64,000 nucleotides of DNA. Origin: Candidatus Bathyarchaeota archaeon. Its GTDB lineage: Archaea; Thermoproteota; Bathyarchaeia; Bathyarchaeales; Bathycorpusculaceae. The notes beneath the pieces were generated by a model. The model saw nothing but the letters and a program-made list of their open reading frames with translations, was not told where the DNA came from and made no database searches. A program made the position numbers and the translations under genes. The stretch is from positions 1,216,001-1,280,000 of the forward strand of contig OY970280.1 in the NCBI GenBank assembly GCA_963715865.1, written 5' to 3'. Shown one piece after another: positions 31,424 through 40,622 of the stretch (position 1 is its first letter; the number at the start of each line of letters is the position of its first letter).

Positions 31424-31630
31424 TCATCTTGCGAGAACTCTCTTTACTACTGGCGGTTTCGTCTTCTTTAAAACTCTGTATCCGCATACGATACATTTGA
31501 TTTCGCCGTTTCTCTCCTCTATGTTTTCGCCCATCGTGGTTGCTCCGCACCGAAGGCACTCGTAAGGTTGATTGCTTCCCCAATTGCTACGTGGACTTCT
31601 ATTAGATTCGAACATGTTCAAATTTTCCAT
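31424..31630 (-). CDS. rpo12: RNA polymerase subunit Rpo12 (RpoP)-like Zn ribbon
   Basis: YECLRCG...IKCIVCGYRVLKKTKPPVVKRVLAR. Confidence 0.8.
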   Translation of the reverse strand: MENLNMFESNRSPRSNWGSNQPYECLRCGATTMGENIEERNGEIKCIVCGYRVLKKTKPPVVKRVLAR

Positions 31631-31668
31631 TTTTTTTCATATCATTACTTAAGCAATTATTTACCATC

Positions 31669-31815
31669 CTACTTATGCCTACCTTTCTTATACTTCCCCA
31701 TGCCACAATCAAGACACTTAACGACATCTTCATCTTCTTCAAGGCGAGTGCTACCACAATAAGAACACCTTGGACATAAAACGTTATTCCAGTTTTTCAC
31801 AGGTTGTTTATTCAT
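31669..31815 (-). CDS. 48-aa Zn-ribbon microprotein (below the ORF-track cutoff)
   Basis: Hand translation: MNKQPVKNWNNVLCPRCSYCGSTRLEEDEDVVKCLDCGMGKYKKGRHK. Confidence 0.6.
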   Translation of the reverse strand: MNKQPVKNWNNVLCPRCSYCGSTRLEEDEDVVKCLDCGMGKYKKGRHK

Positions 31816-31865
31816 CTTATTTATATTTTATTTACCTTATTTTGGTGTTTGGCTATTTCTCCTTC

Positions 31866-32054
31866 CTATTTTTTGGCAAGTGCTATGCGATAGTTTGCGT
31901 ATATTTCTGCTTGGGTAAGCCCGTAAAACTCTGCGTATGCCTGCACGCGTGCTTTCTTGTTTTCAAGGCATTCAGGATTAATACAGGTGTACTCGCCACA
32001 TACACCCTCTATTCGTTTAAGCATTTGACCGCAAGCAGGACATTTCATAATCAC
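31866..32054 (-). CDS. 62-aa Zn-ribbon microprotein
   Basis: MKCPACGQML...YTCINPEC followed by a helical tail. Confidence 0.65.
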   Translation of the reverse strand: MIMKCPACGQMLKRIEGVCGEYTCINPECLENKKARVQAYAEFYGLTQAEIYANYRIALAKK

Positions 32055-32148
32055 TCAGTTCACTTTCTATGCTTTGCAGATTTAAGACTTTTGAACATCG
32101 GAAAAGTTGCTTAAAAAGAAAATGGAGTTAAGTTCTATTTTATCCTGT

Positions 32149-32613
32149 TCATTTCTTGCTCAGGTAACTGTTTAATGCTTTGAATCCTTTCTGCATCATG
32201 TCTGAATGTCCTTTTCCAATGTTCACGAATGGAGAGACAAGAGTAGCTAATAGTCTATTGGTTCTGGCGTTAAATCGATATTGCACTTTCGTCTTTCCAT
32301 CTGTTGGCTCAAATGTCCATGTCCCAGTTCCTACAGAGTCACCTGCAATCTCCTCTTCTATAGACTTGGCTTCCACAATCTTTGTCATCTTGGCAGAGGA
32401 GTAACCTCAAAGATGACTGCCAAGATGAAGAGTGATGTCAACAATTGCACCCTCATGGTCGATTGGTATATCCCCTCTCAGTTTCGATTCAAGATAAGGC
32501 ATCCACCAATGTGTGACCCCAGCGTACTCGTTCAAAATAGCCTTGTAAACCACCATAGGCGAGCTATCTATGACGGCTTCATCAACAACATCAATTTTTG
32601 GCATAAGACCCAA
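32149..32613 (-). pseudogene. SRPBCC/polyketide-cyclase-like gene interrupted by an in-frame TGA
   Basis: ORFs 32407-32613 and 32149-32388 are in the same frame, joined as ...HL*GYSSAKMTK...; START-fold features (VYKAIL..WW, GTWTFEP, VQYRF). Confidence 0.7.
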
Positions 32614-32706
32614 TTGTTCCGTTCTACTTAAAGCGTTTTCTTTTCTTGGCTTAGGTCATTTGTGATATCGATTCATTCACACTTGCTTTTTCCTTGTGAT
32701 TCTCCT

Positions 32707-33000
32707 CTAAGAAGGGTTCTGTTTTGTTTCTTTGCTTAGCAGTTTTATTATGAAACAAGCATTTACTATCAAAAAGAGGATAAAGACATAGAAAGGGTAG
32801 TTAGGCATTAACCAAGCGAGTGCAGGAACAGGTGTCAGTGATGGTGCATACGCTATCTCAATTGAGGATATATGAACTACAAATGTTACAGGATATTCTT
32901 CCCTACTGAGAGTAGTGAGCACTGATTGACTGGAAAGATAAAGAAGCAAACCCATTATGATATTGGCAATGATAATGATAGCTGTAAATCTTTTTGTCAT
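32707..33000 (-). CDS. Small two-TM membrane protein
   Basis: Two hydrophobic segments flanking a loop. Confidence 0.65.
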   Translation of the reverse strand: MTKRFTAIIIIANIIMGLLLYLSSQSVLTTLSREEYPVTFVVHISSIEIAYAPSLTPVPALAWLMPNYPFYVFILFLIVNACFIIKLLSKETKQNPS

Positions 33001-33077
33001 GTTTAGGCTATTTCTAGGCTATGCAGATTTAAAATTTATTACACTCTTGCACAAGACCCAGTTAGCAAAAAAAGAAA

Positions 33078-33869
33078 TTATGGTTTTACCGCTGAAATTT
33101 TCATGCTTACAACGTCATTAGCGATTTCTGATATCTCCTTCTTTGTCAGATTCATTTTCCCAATTATTTCTTTGGCATCTGGCTGGTCAAACATTACTTC
33201 TGGCAGATGAGTTTCATCCAGTATTTGCAACTGTTGGAACCCTGCTTGCTTAATCTCTTTGATGTAGTCATCTTTCTTTTCTGCGCCTGCAATGCATCCA
33301 ACATAGGCTAAAACATTGTTTTTCACTTTGTCAGGTATATTGCCGAGTAGCACTATGTCTGAAATCATTAGTCGTCCTTTAGGTTTTAGCACTCGATAGG
33401 CTTCTTGAAAAACCCGTTGCTTGTTAGTTGATAAGTTGATTACGCAGTTACTGATGATAACGTCAGCCGTATTGTCTGCAACTGGCAAATTTTCGATTTC
33501 TCCGAGGCGAAACTCAACGTTCTTGTAGCCGCTTTTCTTGCAGTTTGCTCTTGCTTTTTCAAGCATTTCCGCAGTCATGTCTACGCCGATAACTTTCCCT
33601 GTTGAGCCTACTTTTTTTGCCGCTAAGAAGCAGTCTAAGCCTCCGCCTGAGCCTAAGTCAATGACTGTTTCTCCTTCCTTGAGTGATGCGAGTGCTACTG
33701 GGTTTCCGCATCCAAGATTTAAGTCAGCGCCTTCAGGAACCGAGTCTAATTCATTTTTGCTGTAGCCTATTTGTTGGCTGGTTGATGTGCAGCCGCAACC
33801 GCATGTTTCTGTTTTGGCGATTTTGCCGTAACGTTCCCTTACTGCTTTTCTTACTTTTTCTTCTTTCAT
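33078..33869 (-). CDS. arsM: Arsenite methyltransferase
   Basis: LGCGNP, DLGSGGGLDCF, IISNCVINL, YVGCIAGA. Confidence 0.93.
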   Translation of the reverse strand: MKEEKVRKAVRERYGKIAKTETCGCGCTSTSQQIGYSKNELDSVPEGADLNLGCGNPVALASLKEGETVIDLGSGGGLDCFLAAKKVGSTGKVIGVDMTAEMLEKARANCKKSGYKNVEFRLGEIENLPVADNTADVIISNCVINLSTNKQRVFQEAYRVLKPKGRLMISDIVLLGNIPDKVKNNVLAYVGCIAGAEKKDDYIKEIKQAGFQQLQILDETHLPEVMFDQPDAKEIIGKMNLTKKEISEIANDVVSMKISAVKP

Positions 33870-34132
33870 TTTTCCACCTCCAGTTTGAACGCGTTTCTAA
33901 AAACTGGTCCTAACATGTTCTTCACTGTGCTTTCTAAAGCGTCGACTTTTAACATGATGATGCAGCATACTTCGTTGTTGCGTTCAAAACCGATTATTGC
34001 TAGTTTATCGCTGGGTTTTATCTTCGCTTTTTCTCTGAGGTCTTTTGGGAGAACTATTTGCCCTTTCGCGTCTACTGATACGACTGCATCAATTTTGCAG
34101 CATTCTTTGTTACAGCATTCTTCGCTTGCCAT
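33866..34132 (-). CDS. Cys-rich AbrB-fold protein, HgcC (HgcAB-associated)-like
   Basis: MASEECCNKECCKIDAVVSVDAKGQIVLPKDLRE...EVCCII; ATG at 34132; 4-nt overlap with arsM. Confidence 0.8.
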   Translation of the reverse strand: MASEECCNKECCKIDAVVSVDAKGQIVLPKDLREKAKIKPSDKLAIIGFERNNEVCCIIMLKVDALESTVKNMLGPVFRNAFKLEVEK

Positions 34133-34161
34133 TTTGGAGTCACTTTGAGAAACAGTGCTTG

Positions 34162-34184
34162 TCAGAATATTTAAGCATTTCTGA
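34162..34184. promoter_or_regulatory. Inverted repeat over the TATA box of the AbrB-arsM operon
   Basis: TCAGAA-N11-TTCTGA straddling the minus-strand TTAAATA. Confidence 0.35.
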
Positions 34185-34203
34185 AAAATAAGAAAAATCA
34201 TAA

Positions 34204-34656
34204 TTATCTTACTATTACTACTGGGCAAGGCGCCAAATGCGCCACTTTCTCGCTTATACTTCCCAAAAAAAGCTCTTTCATTCTACCCAACCCCTTATGC
34301 CCAACCACAATCACATCAAAACTACCCTCCTTAGCAGCATTAACAATTTCAAGAGCAGGGTCACCTTCCCTTAACATCGACGAAATCGCTAAGCTAGGCT
34401 TAACCATCTTCGCACGGGCAACAGCTTTACTTAAAATTTCCTCGTGAATCTTCCGCAAATCCTTAGCAAATGCGGCCATACCGCCACTTGAATAAGCGGT
34501 CGATTCTTCAGGAACCGCACCCATCGTCAGCGACCCAGAAACATTCAAAATCATGATAGCAGCATTGAATTTTTCACCTAATTCTAAAGCGAAATCCAAA
34601 GCTCTATCGGAATTTTCTGATCCATCAACAGCCACTAAAACATTCTTGAGCAACAT
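34204..34656 (-). CDS. Universal stress protein (UspA family)
   Basis: VLVAVDGSE, IVVGHKGLG, LGSISEKV, PVVIVR. Confidence 0.93.
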   Translation of the reverse strand: MLLKNVLVAVDGSENSDRALDFALELGEKFNAAIMILNVSGSLTMGAVPEESTAYSSGGMAAFAKDLRKIHEEILSKAVARAKMVKPSLAISSMLREGDPALEIVNAAKEGSFDVIVVGHKGLGRMKELFLGSISEKVAHLAPCPVVIVR

Positions 34657-34866
34657 GAATTAACACTCCTCAAAAAAATAATCATTTTATCAACCATTAA
34701 GCTTTTTCTCAAACTTAAAGCATTAACGCACCTGTCCTGTAACTTGCTAAGCTTGCCAATGCCAGATTATTTCTTCACCGATTCCTTTAAACAATATAAA
34801 GGTAAAGTGCTAATTTAATAGCTAAAGAGGCACACTGGGGGATCACTAATAAATAAGCATATTCAA

Positions 34867-36450
34867 ATGCTAATGGTCATGCTTATTATTGTAACAATGG
34901 TTTTATCAGCGTTCAATTTTCCCAGCACTAAAGCAACCCAAGAGGAATCTTCATGGACCAGCATGACGCCTATGCCAACTGCTCGAGGCGGACTCGGCGT
35001 AGCAGTTGTAAACGGAAAAATCTATGCTATCGGAGGCTTGAGCGATGATTTACCTGTTAACAATAATGAAGAGTATGACCCCGTCACAAACCAGTGGACT
35101 GAAAAAATGCCCATGCCTACGGCCAGAAGCGGTTTTGCCATCGCGGTTTATAACAACAAAATTTACGTTATAGGCGGAACAGTGGGCAACGGGTATATTG
35201 GAAACAACGAAGTATACGACCCTGCAACGAATACTTGGGAAACAAAAGCTTCCATGCCTACACCCCGAACTGATTTAACCGCAAGTGTAGTGAACGATAA
35301 AATCTACCTAATCGGCGGAAAAAAATATTCGAGCACGAGCCCATATTTCGGTGAAACTAATGTGAACGAGGTTTACAATCCAGCTAACGATAGTTGGTCT
35401 ACAAAAACACCAATTCCAACGGCTGTTTACGGTTATGCATCAGCAGTGATAAATGGCAAAATCTACATTATTGGCGGTTCAAAGAGTACAACTTCACTAG
35501 GAAGCAGTGTTTTCGTTAATTCCAACCAAGTATATGATCCTCAAACTGATAAGTGGAGTTTAGCTGCAAACTTGCCTGATGTAGCTATTTATGGGGCTGC
35601 AGCGTCAACTCAAGGCTTTATGGCTCCTTCACGACTGTATTTTATAGGCGGATATTTTTTGAATTCTTTTAGCGGTAAAACTCAAGTGTATAATCCAGAT
35701 AATAACTCTTGGAGTACTGGCGCTTCAATGCCTACGCCTCGAGCATACTTGGGCGTTGCTGTTGTAAACGATGTTTTATATGCTATCGGGGGCTTTGATG
35801 GCACAAATTGGCTAAACGCAAATGAGCAGTACAAGCCAGTTGGATACGAAACTGTTCCACCTCAAGTTCAGATTACCTCTCCTGAAAACAAAACTTACTC
35901 TAACGTGACCTTAGCTTTTTCCATTAACAGAGGCACCGAATGGATGGGTTACAGCTTAGATAACCAAGCAAATGTAACCATAAACGGAGAAACAAAATTA
36001 CTTGGCCTATCTCAGGGGTCGCATAACATAATAATCTACGCTAACGATAGCCTCGGCAACATGGGTTATTCTAACACAGTTTTCTTTTCTGTAGATACAA
36101 TTCCTCCAAACATTGTGATAATGCTTCCTCAAAACCAGTCGTTAGGCTCCACCGATATCCAACTGACTTTCACAGTGAATGAGAACGCCACATTGGCTTA
36201 TAGTTTAGATGGACAAGAAAAAGTAACTATAATTGGAAACGTAACTTTGCCAGCGTTATCTAATGGCTCCCACCGTTTAACCGTTTACGCTACTGATGAA
36301 GTTGGTAATTCGGGTTCGGAAACAGTTTACTTTAACATAGCGCCTTTTCCAACGATTACGGTTGCAGGAATCGTAGCCATAATAACCATTGCTTTGGCGG
36401 CAGGATACCTATTTTTGAAACGCAGAAAATCAAGTAACATCCAAGAATAG
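34867..36450 (+). CDS. Secreted, membrane-anchored Kelch-repeat protein with two Ig-like domains
   Basis: Signal peptide, six xxNxKIYxIGG-type repeats, two Ig-like repeats, C-terminal TM + KRRK. Confidence 0.88.
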   Translation: MLMVMLIIVTMVLSAFNFPSTKATQEESSWTSMTPMPTARGGLGVAVVNGKIYAIGGLSDDLPVNNNEEYDPVTNQWTEKMPMPTARSGFAIAVYNNKIYVIGGTVGNGYIGNNEVYDPATNTWETKASMPTPRTDLTASVVNDKIYLIGGKKYSSTSPYFGETNVNEVYNPANDSWSTKTPIPTAVYGYASAVINGKIYIIGGSKSTTSLGSSVFVNSNQVYDPQTDKWSLAANLPDVAIYGAAASTQGFMAPSRLYFIGGYFLNSFSGKTQVYNPDNNSWSTGASMPTPRAYLGVAVVNDVLYAIGGFDGTNWLNANEQYKPVGYETVPPQVQITSPENKTYSNVTLAFSINRGTEWMGYSLDNQANVTINGETKLLGLSQGSHNIIIYANDSLGNMGYSNTVFFSVDTIPPNIVIMLPQNQSLGSTDIQLTFTVNENATLAYSLDGQEKVTIIGNVTLPALSNGSHRLTVYATDEVGNSGSETVYFNIAPFPTITVAGIVAIITIALAAGYLFLKRRKSSNIQE

Positions 36451-36584
36451 CATCCTTGTTAAAGTTACTTGGCCCGAAACAGGAAAAATTTGAGGTACTA
36501 CTTTTACCCAAACAATAATTTTTTCTTTTTCTATGAGAAAATTTAAGTAAATAATCAACAACCATTCAGAGAAGGTCTCGGATA

Positions 36585-36836
36585 ATGGGCTATGAAATTG
36601 ACTATGCTGCTGGTGAACGAGCAAGCTGTTCTTCCAAACTGGTAATTGCAGACCGAATCTTTTACGTGAAAGTTTTTTCCTCTGAACCATCAAGATTTTA
36701 CTCTGGAGACCAGAAAGGAGTTATTCAAAAGGAAATTTCGAAAGCTGAATTTGAACTTTGGGTTAACATCTTGGCTGATAATGAAGCTGATGCTTTAGAT
36801 ATTCAAAAGAAACTTTGTTTAGGAAAAAAATACTAG
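36585..36836 (+). CDS. Small hypothetical protein
   Basis: 83-aa ORF with protein-like composition filling the gap between genes. Confidence 0.6.
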   Translation: MGYEIDYAAGERASCSSKLVIADRIFYVKVFSSEPSRFYSGDQKGVIQKEISKAEFELWVNILADNEADALDIQKKLCLGKKY

Positions 36837-36839
36837 ACG

Positions 36840-37547
36840 TTACACGTCTTTCCATCTTGTCTTCTTTACGGCAATAAACAGGATAATGGCACATACTATC
36901 AACAGGACTATCCAATCAAAAATTACCATGCTAACTGGAATATTGAGGTAACCAGTTGCTGAATGCATAATTTCCGCCGCATAAGTGGTCGGCGAAAGAT
37001 AAGCAAGGTAGTTGAATGGCGCAGGAACATAGGTTATCGGATAATATACTGGCGGCAAAGTAGCAAATAACAGTGAAAGAAGCCTAGAAAAGGCATAACT
37101 CTGAACTACGTCACTTGAAAAAGTAGATAACATGAATCCTATAGCTACTGAAATAGCGAACATTAACAATAGTACAATGGATAAAATTGCTATTTGAATG
37201 AGGGAAGGGTGCAGATAAATCCCCGCGAGCACCACAAGAATAGCTAATGCAGGAATTGAGTATACTATTTCTGCCAGAGCCATTCCAACCATGTATAAGC
37301 GTGAACTTGTCGGCGAACTAACAATCATATCTTGAAGCTTGAAATCATTTTTTAAATGCGAAAGGTCAGATTGGAGTGCAATTCCGCTTGAAAAGAAAAC
37401 CATTATTAATCCGCCTTCAATTGCGGTTCCAAAAAGATTGCCGTTAGTTACGAAGGTAATTACTAGAAGAAGCGAAAGCGGAGAGATAACGGTGCTGAGC
37501 AAAACGACAGGGTAATTTTTCATTTCATATACAGCATTTACGAGCAA
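36840..37547 (-). CDS. ABC-2 type exporter permease
   Basis: Six TM helices, PPVYYP, LSPTTYAA; start may be an ATA at 37586. Confidence 0.88.
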   Translation of the reverse strand: MLVNAVYEMKNYPVVLLSTVISPLSLLLVITFVTNGNLFGTAIEGGLIMVFFSSGIALQSDLSHLKNDFKLQDMIVSSPTSSRLYMVGMALAEIVYSIPALAILVVLAGIYLHPSLIQIAILSIVLLLMFAISVAIGFMLSTFSSDVVQSYAFSRLLSLLFATLPPVYYPITYVPAPFNYLAYLSPTTYAAEIMHSATGYLNIPVSMVIFDWIVLLIVCAIILFIAVKKTRWKDV

Positions 37548-37582
37548 TCCTGCTAGAATTTGGCTTAGTTTACTGCGTTTCG

Positions 37583-38491
37583 TTATTCATCCCTCGCTTT
37601 TTGCCCAACAAGATGGAAGAAAATGTCATCCAAAGTGACTGGAGTAATAGAGAACTTTACTCCTTGCTCGGAGAGCAATCGAGCTAAGCGAAAAGCTTCA
37701 TCTTCATTCGTCATTATCTGCGTATATCCACTTTTGCCGAGGGTTACTTCACCATCTTTCAACGTTGGGACCAACGCCTTCGGAGGTAGTTTAATGCTGT
37801 ACTGGTATCTTGAGCTTTTTCTCAGCTCTGAAAGAGTCCCGATTGAAACTAGTTTTCCATCTTTTAGAGTGCCTATTCTGTCTGCAAGTTGCTCTGCCTC
37901 TTCAAGATAATGCGTTGTAAGAAAAATAAACCGGTCTCTGCCAAGCCCCCTGAGAATTTCCCATAGCTCTCGTCTTGAGATTGGGTCCAAGCCTGTTGTG
38001 GGTTCATCGAGAAAAATAATTTCCGCTTCTGACGCGGTCACGGTGGCGATGAGAACTTTCCTTTTTGTGCCACCTGAGAGGCGGCTGTTTAATACGTTAG
38101 CGTATTGTTCTAAGCCAAGCTTTGCAAGTGACTCATCGGCAAGCCTTTTCGCCTCATTGTAACTGTATCCTCGCCAAAGAAGATATGAAAAAACAGTTTG
38201 TTTCGGCGTCATCCACCTTATCGTTCTGGCTTCCTGTGGGACAATCGCAATTTTTTCTCTTAATTTGTTTTCCTGTGTAAGTATGTCAAAACCGTTAATG
38301 CTTGCAGTTCCCGCGGTAGGTTCAAGCTCAGTGGCGAGAATCCGGATGAGCGTAGTTTTTCCAGCTCCATTTCTACCTATTAAACCGAATATACCGTTAG
38401 TTTCCACTGTAAAACTGACATCATCAAGAGCTTTTCTTTTGTCCTCGTAAACCTTCGTTAACCCGTTACATTCAAGCTTGCCCATGATCAA
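37583..38491 (-). CDS. ABC-2 type exporter ATP-binding protein
   Basis: GRNGAGKT, LSGG, FLDEPTTGLD, TTHY. Confidence 0.92.
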   Translation of the reverse strand: MIMGKLECNGLTKVYEDKRKALDDVSFTVETNGIFGLIGRNGAGKTTLIRILATELEPTAGTASINGFDILTQENKLREKIAIVPQEARTIRWMTPKQTVFSYLLWRGYSYNEAKRLADESLAKLGLEQYANVLNSRLSGGTKRKVLIATVTASEAEIIFLDEPTTGLDPISRRELWEILRGLGRDRFIFLTTHYLEEAEQLADRIGTLKDGKLVSIGTLSELRKSSRYQYSIKLPPKALVPTLKDGEVTLGKSGYTQIMTNEDEAFRLARLLSEQGVKFSITPVTLDDIFFHLVGQKARDE

Positions 38492-38647
38492 TTACTACCT
38501 GAAAATAATGCTGATATTGCTTATGTATGTTTTATTGATTGCTAATGCAGTAAAGTAATTTCGACTAAAGACTGCATCAATGTTCTGGGAGATTATATTT
38601 ATATTAAATTCTATGGTAGAATACTACAACGTTACGAGGAAATAGTC

Positions 38648-39673
38648 ATGACCGTTTATTTAACTCCATGGGACACTAAACGCAACCTGATGATGGATGC
38701 ACATCGCCTATATGATGTAGCTGGAACTTTCGATTGCGTACAAAAAGGTGACCTTGTAGCCGTTAAATTACATGTGGGCGAGTTAGGTAACCCGTATTAT
38801 GTGCAACCTTTTTTCGTCCATGACATAATCCGCAGAGTTAAGGAGGCAGGCGGCAAACCGTTCCTTACAGACTCCAACACGTACTATCATGCGCGACGTA
38901 ACAATGCCTATGACCATATGGTTACGGCGTTGATGAACGGGTTCAACATGGCGCCGTTTATTGTGGCAGATGGGCTTCGAAGCGAAAACTACCGATTGGT
39001 AAAAACCAAAGGCATACTGCAGGAAATCGAAGTATCTGGCGCCGTTGCTGAGGCTGACGCCATGATTGTTGTCTCGCATGATAAGGGTCATGAACTCAGC
39101 GGGTTCGGCGGTGCCATAAAAAATCTCGGCATGGGCTGTACACCCAGAGCGGGCAAGCTTCGTCAGCATAGAACAGTAGGCTTAGAAATAGACGAATCCA
39201 AATGTATTGGCTGTGGCAAGTGCAAAGAAATATGTGAAATGAGCCTGCCCGAGATTATCGAGGGAAAAGCAAGAAACACCTCGCCTTTATGCATGCGCTG
39301 CCCAATGTGCAAACATGGTTGTCCAATGGAAGCCATAAGTTTCACTCATCAGGAGAATATCTGCAGGGCACTCGCGTCAGCTGCTTATGGTGTTCTCTCC
39401 ACCTTTAAGGCAAATAAAGTGTCATACGTGAGTTTCGCCAAAGACATTACTTCATACTGCGATTGTTTACCTAACCCAGGCGTAGTCGTCATGAAGGACG
39501 TGGGCATCTTTGCCTCTAACTCGCCAGTTTCAATTGATGCCGCATTCCTGGAAATGATTGACTATAAAGTATTCAACGACGCGTCTCATGTAGATTGTAT
39601 GTTGCAGGTTCGAGAAGCTAAAGACATAGGCATTAAAGGCGAAGCAAAACCAAAGATAACAAAAGTAAGCTAA
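38648..39673 (+). CDS. DUF362-domain Fe-S protein
   Basis: AVKLHVGELGN, GFGGAIKNLGMG, CIGCGKCKEIC and CMRCPMCKHGC ferredoxin motifs, CDC. Confidence 0.88.
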   Translation: MTVYLTPWDTKRNLMMDAHRLYDVAGTFDCVQKGDLVAVKLHVGELGNPYYVQPFFVHDIIRRVKEAGGKPFLTDSNTYYHARRNNAYDHMVTALMNGFNMAPFIVADGLRSENYRLVKTKGILQEIEVSGAVAEADAMIVVSHDKGHELSGFGGAIKNLGMGCTPRAGKLRQHRTVGLEIDESKCIGCGKCKEICEMSLPEIIEGKARNTSPLCMRCPMCKHGCPMEAISFTHQENICRALASAAYGVLSTFKANKVSYVSFAKDITSYCDCLPNPGVVVMKDVGIFASNSPVSIDAAFLEMIDYKVFNDASHVDCMLQVREAKDIGIKGEAKPKITKVS

Positions 39674-39683
39674 GCTTTGAACA

Positions 39684-40484
39684 CTAAATTTCCTTTTTAT
39701 CGTTAGTTTTTGGTGCTTGTGCTTTTTTATGTCTTCTTTTAACTAAGTAAACAATAACTACAATTACGATTGCAACTACGGCGGCTATGATTAAGTAACG
39801 TGAGATGCCAGCAACCTCCGCCCAATTCTTTCCCAAGAACCAGCCCAAATAAATCAAGACCACGTTCCATAGTAGGCAGCCTGCAGTTGTGTAAGCTATA
39901 AACTTCGCCAGCGGCATTCGAGATGCTCCTGCAGGGAACGAAAATGTTGTTCTGAATCCTGGTATTAGACGACTTAAAAATACGGTGAGAGCGCCATTTT
40001 TCTTAAACCATTTTCCAGCAACCTCAAGTTGGTTTGTGGAAAAGAGAACTCTACCTAAAACTTTGTGTTCAGCAAGGCTATGCGCACCTTTTAACCCGAT
40101 ATAGTAATCAATCAGTGCACCCGCCAAGCCTGCAACTGTTGCAAGTAATACAGTTATCCAAATATTAAGCTGCCCCATGGAAGCTAAGTAGCCAGCAAAT
40201 GGAAGAATAACCTCGCTTGGAATAGGCAGAGAGCTAGATTCAAGCAGCATCAGCACAAAGATGCCAGTGTACCCCCACACCTGCACTGTTGCAGTTACGT
40301 CCCGCGTGAAAGAAATGATAGCGCTAATCAGTGGCCCGCTTGTTATCGGAGCGCCCTCAATAACGACGTCTTCTAAAATCTCAAAGAGGACATAAACGGC
40401 AACAACGATTACAATGGCTGCAATGATTAATTGTGGCGCTTTTCTTCTAAGCTGTTCAAGACTTCTATGTAACACCAAGGGCAT
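39684..40484 (-). CDS. DedA family membrane protein
   Basis: LESSSLPIPSEVILPFAG, SRLIPGFR, PAG. Confidence 0.92.
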   Translation of the reverse strand: MPLVLHRSLEQLRRKAPQLIIAAIVIVVAVYVLFEILEDVVIEGAPITSGPLISAIISFTRDVTATVQVWGYTGIFVLMLLESSSLPIPSEVILPFAGYLASMGQLNIWITVLLATVAGLAGALIDYYIGLKGAHSLAEHKVLGRVLFSTNQLEVAGKWFKKNGALTVFLSRLIPGFRTTFSFPAGASRMPLAKFIAYTTAGCLLWNVVLIYLGWFLGKNWAEVAGISRYLIIAAVVAIVIVVIVYLVKRRHKKAQAPKTNDKKEI

Positions 40485-40622
40485 CGCTTGAACTTAATGT
40501 CCAACTTGAATGTATTTTAGCTTATTCCCATTAAAAATGCAAAACAAAAAAGGTAAACACTCACTAGGTACAATATTTGAAACTAGAAAAAACTAAAAGC
40601 TGTTAAATATACTATGGCTTGA

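Noticed and set aside
32407-32409. Selenocysteine at the in-frame TGA
   Set aside because: The position is not a redox or metal site in the SRPBCC fold, and archaeal SECIS elements are generally in UTRs rather than around the codon.
33866-34132. Evidence for mercury methylation
   Set aside because: No hgcA cap-helix motif or hgcB ferredoxin in the window; an HgcC-like gene alone is insufficient.
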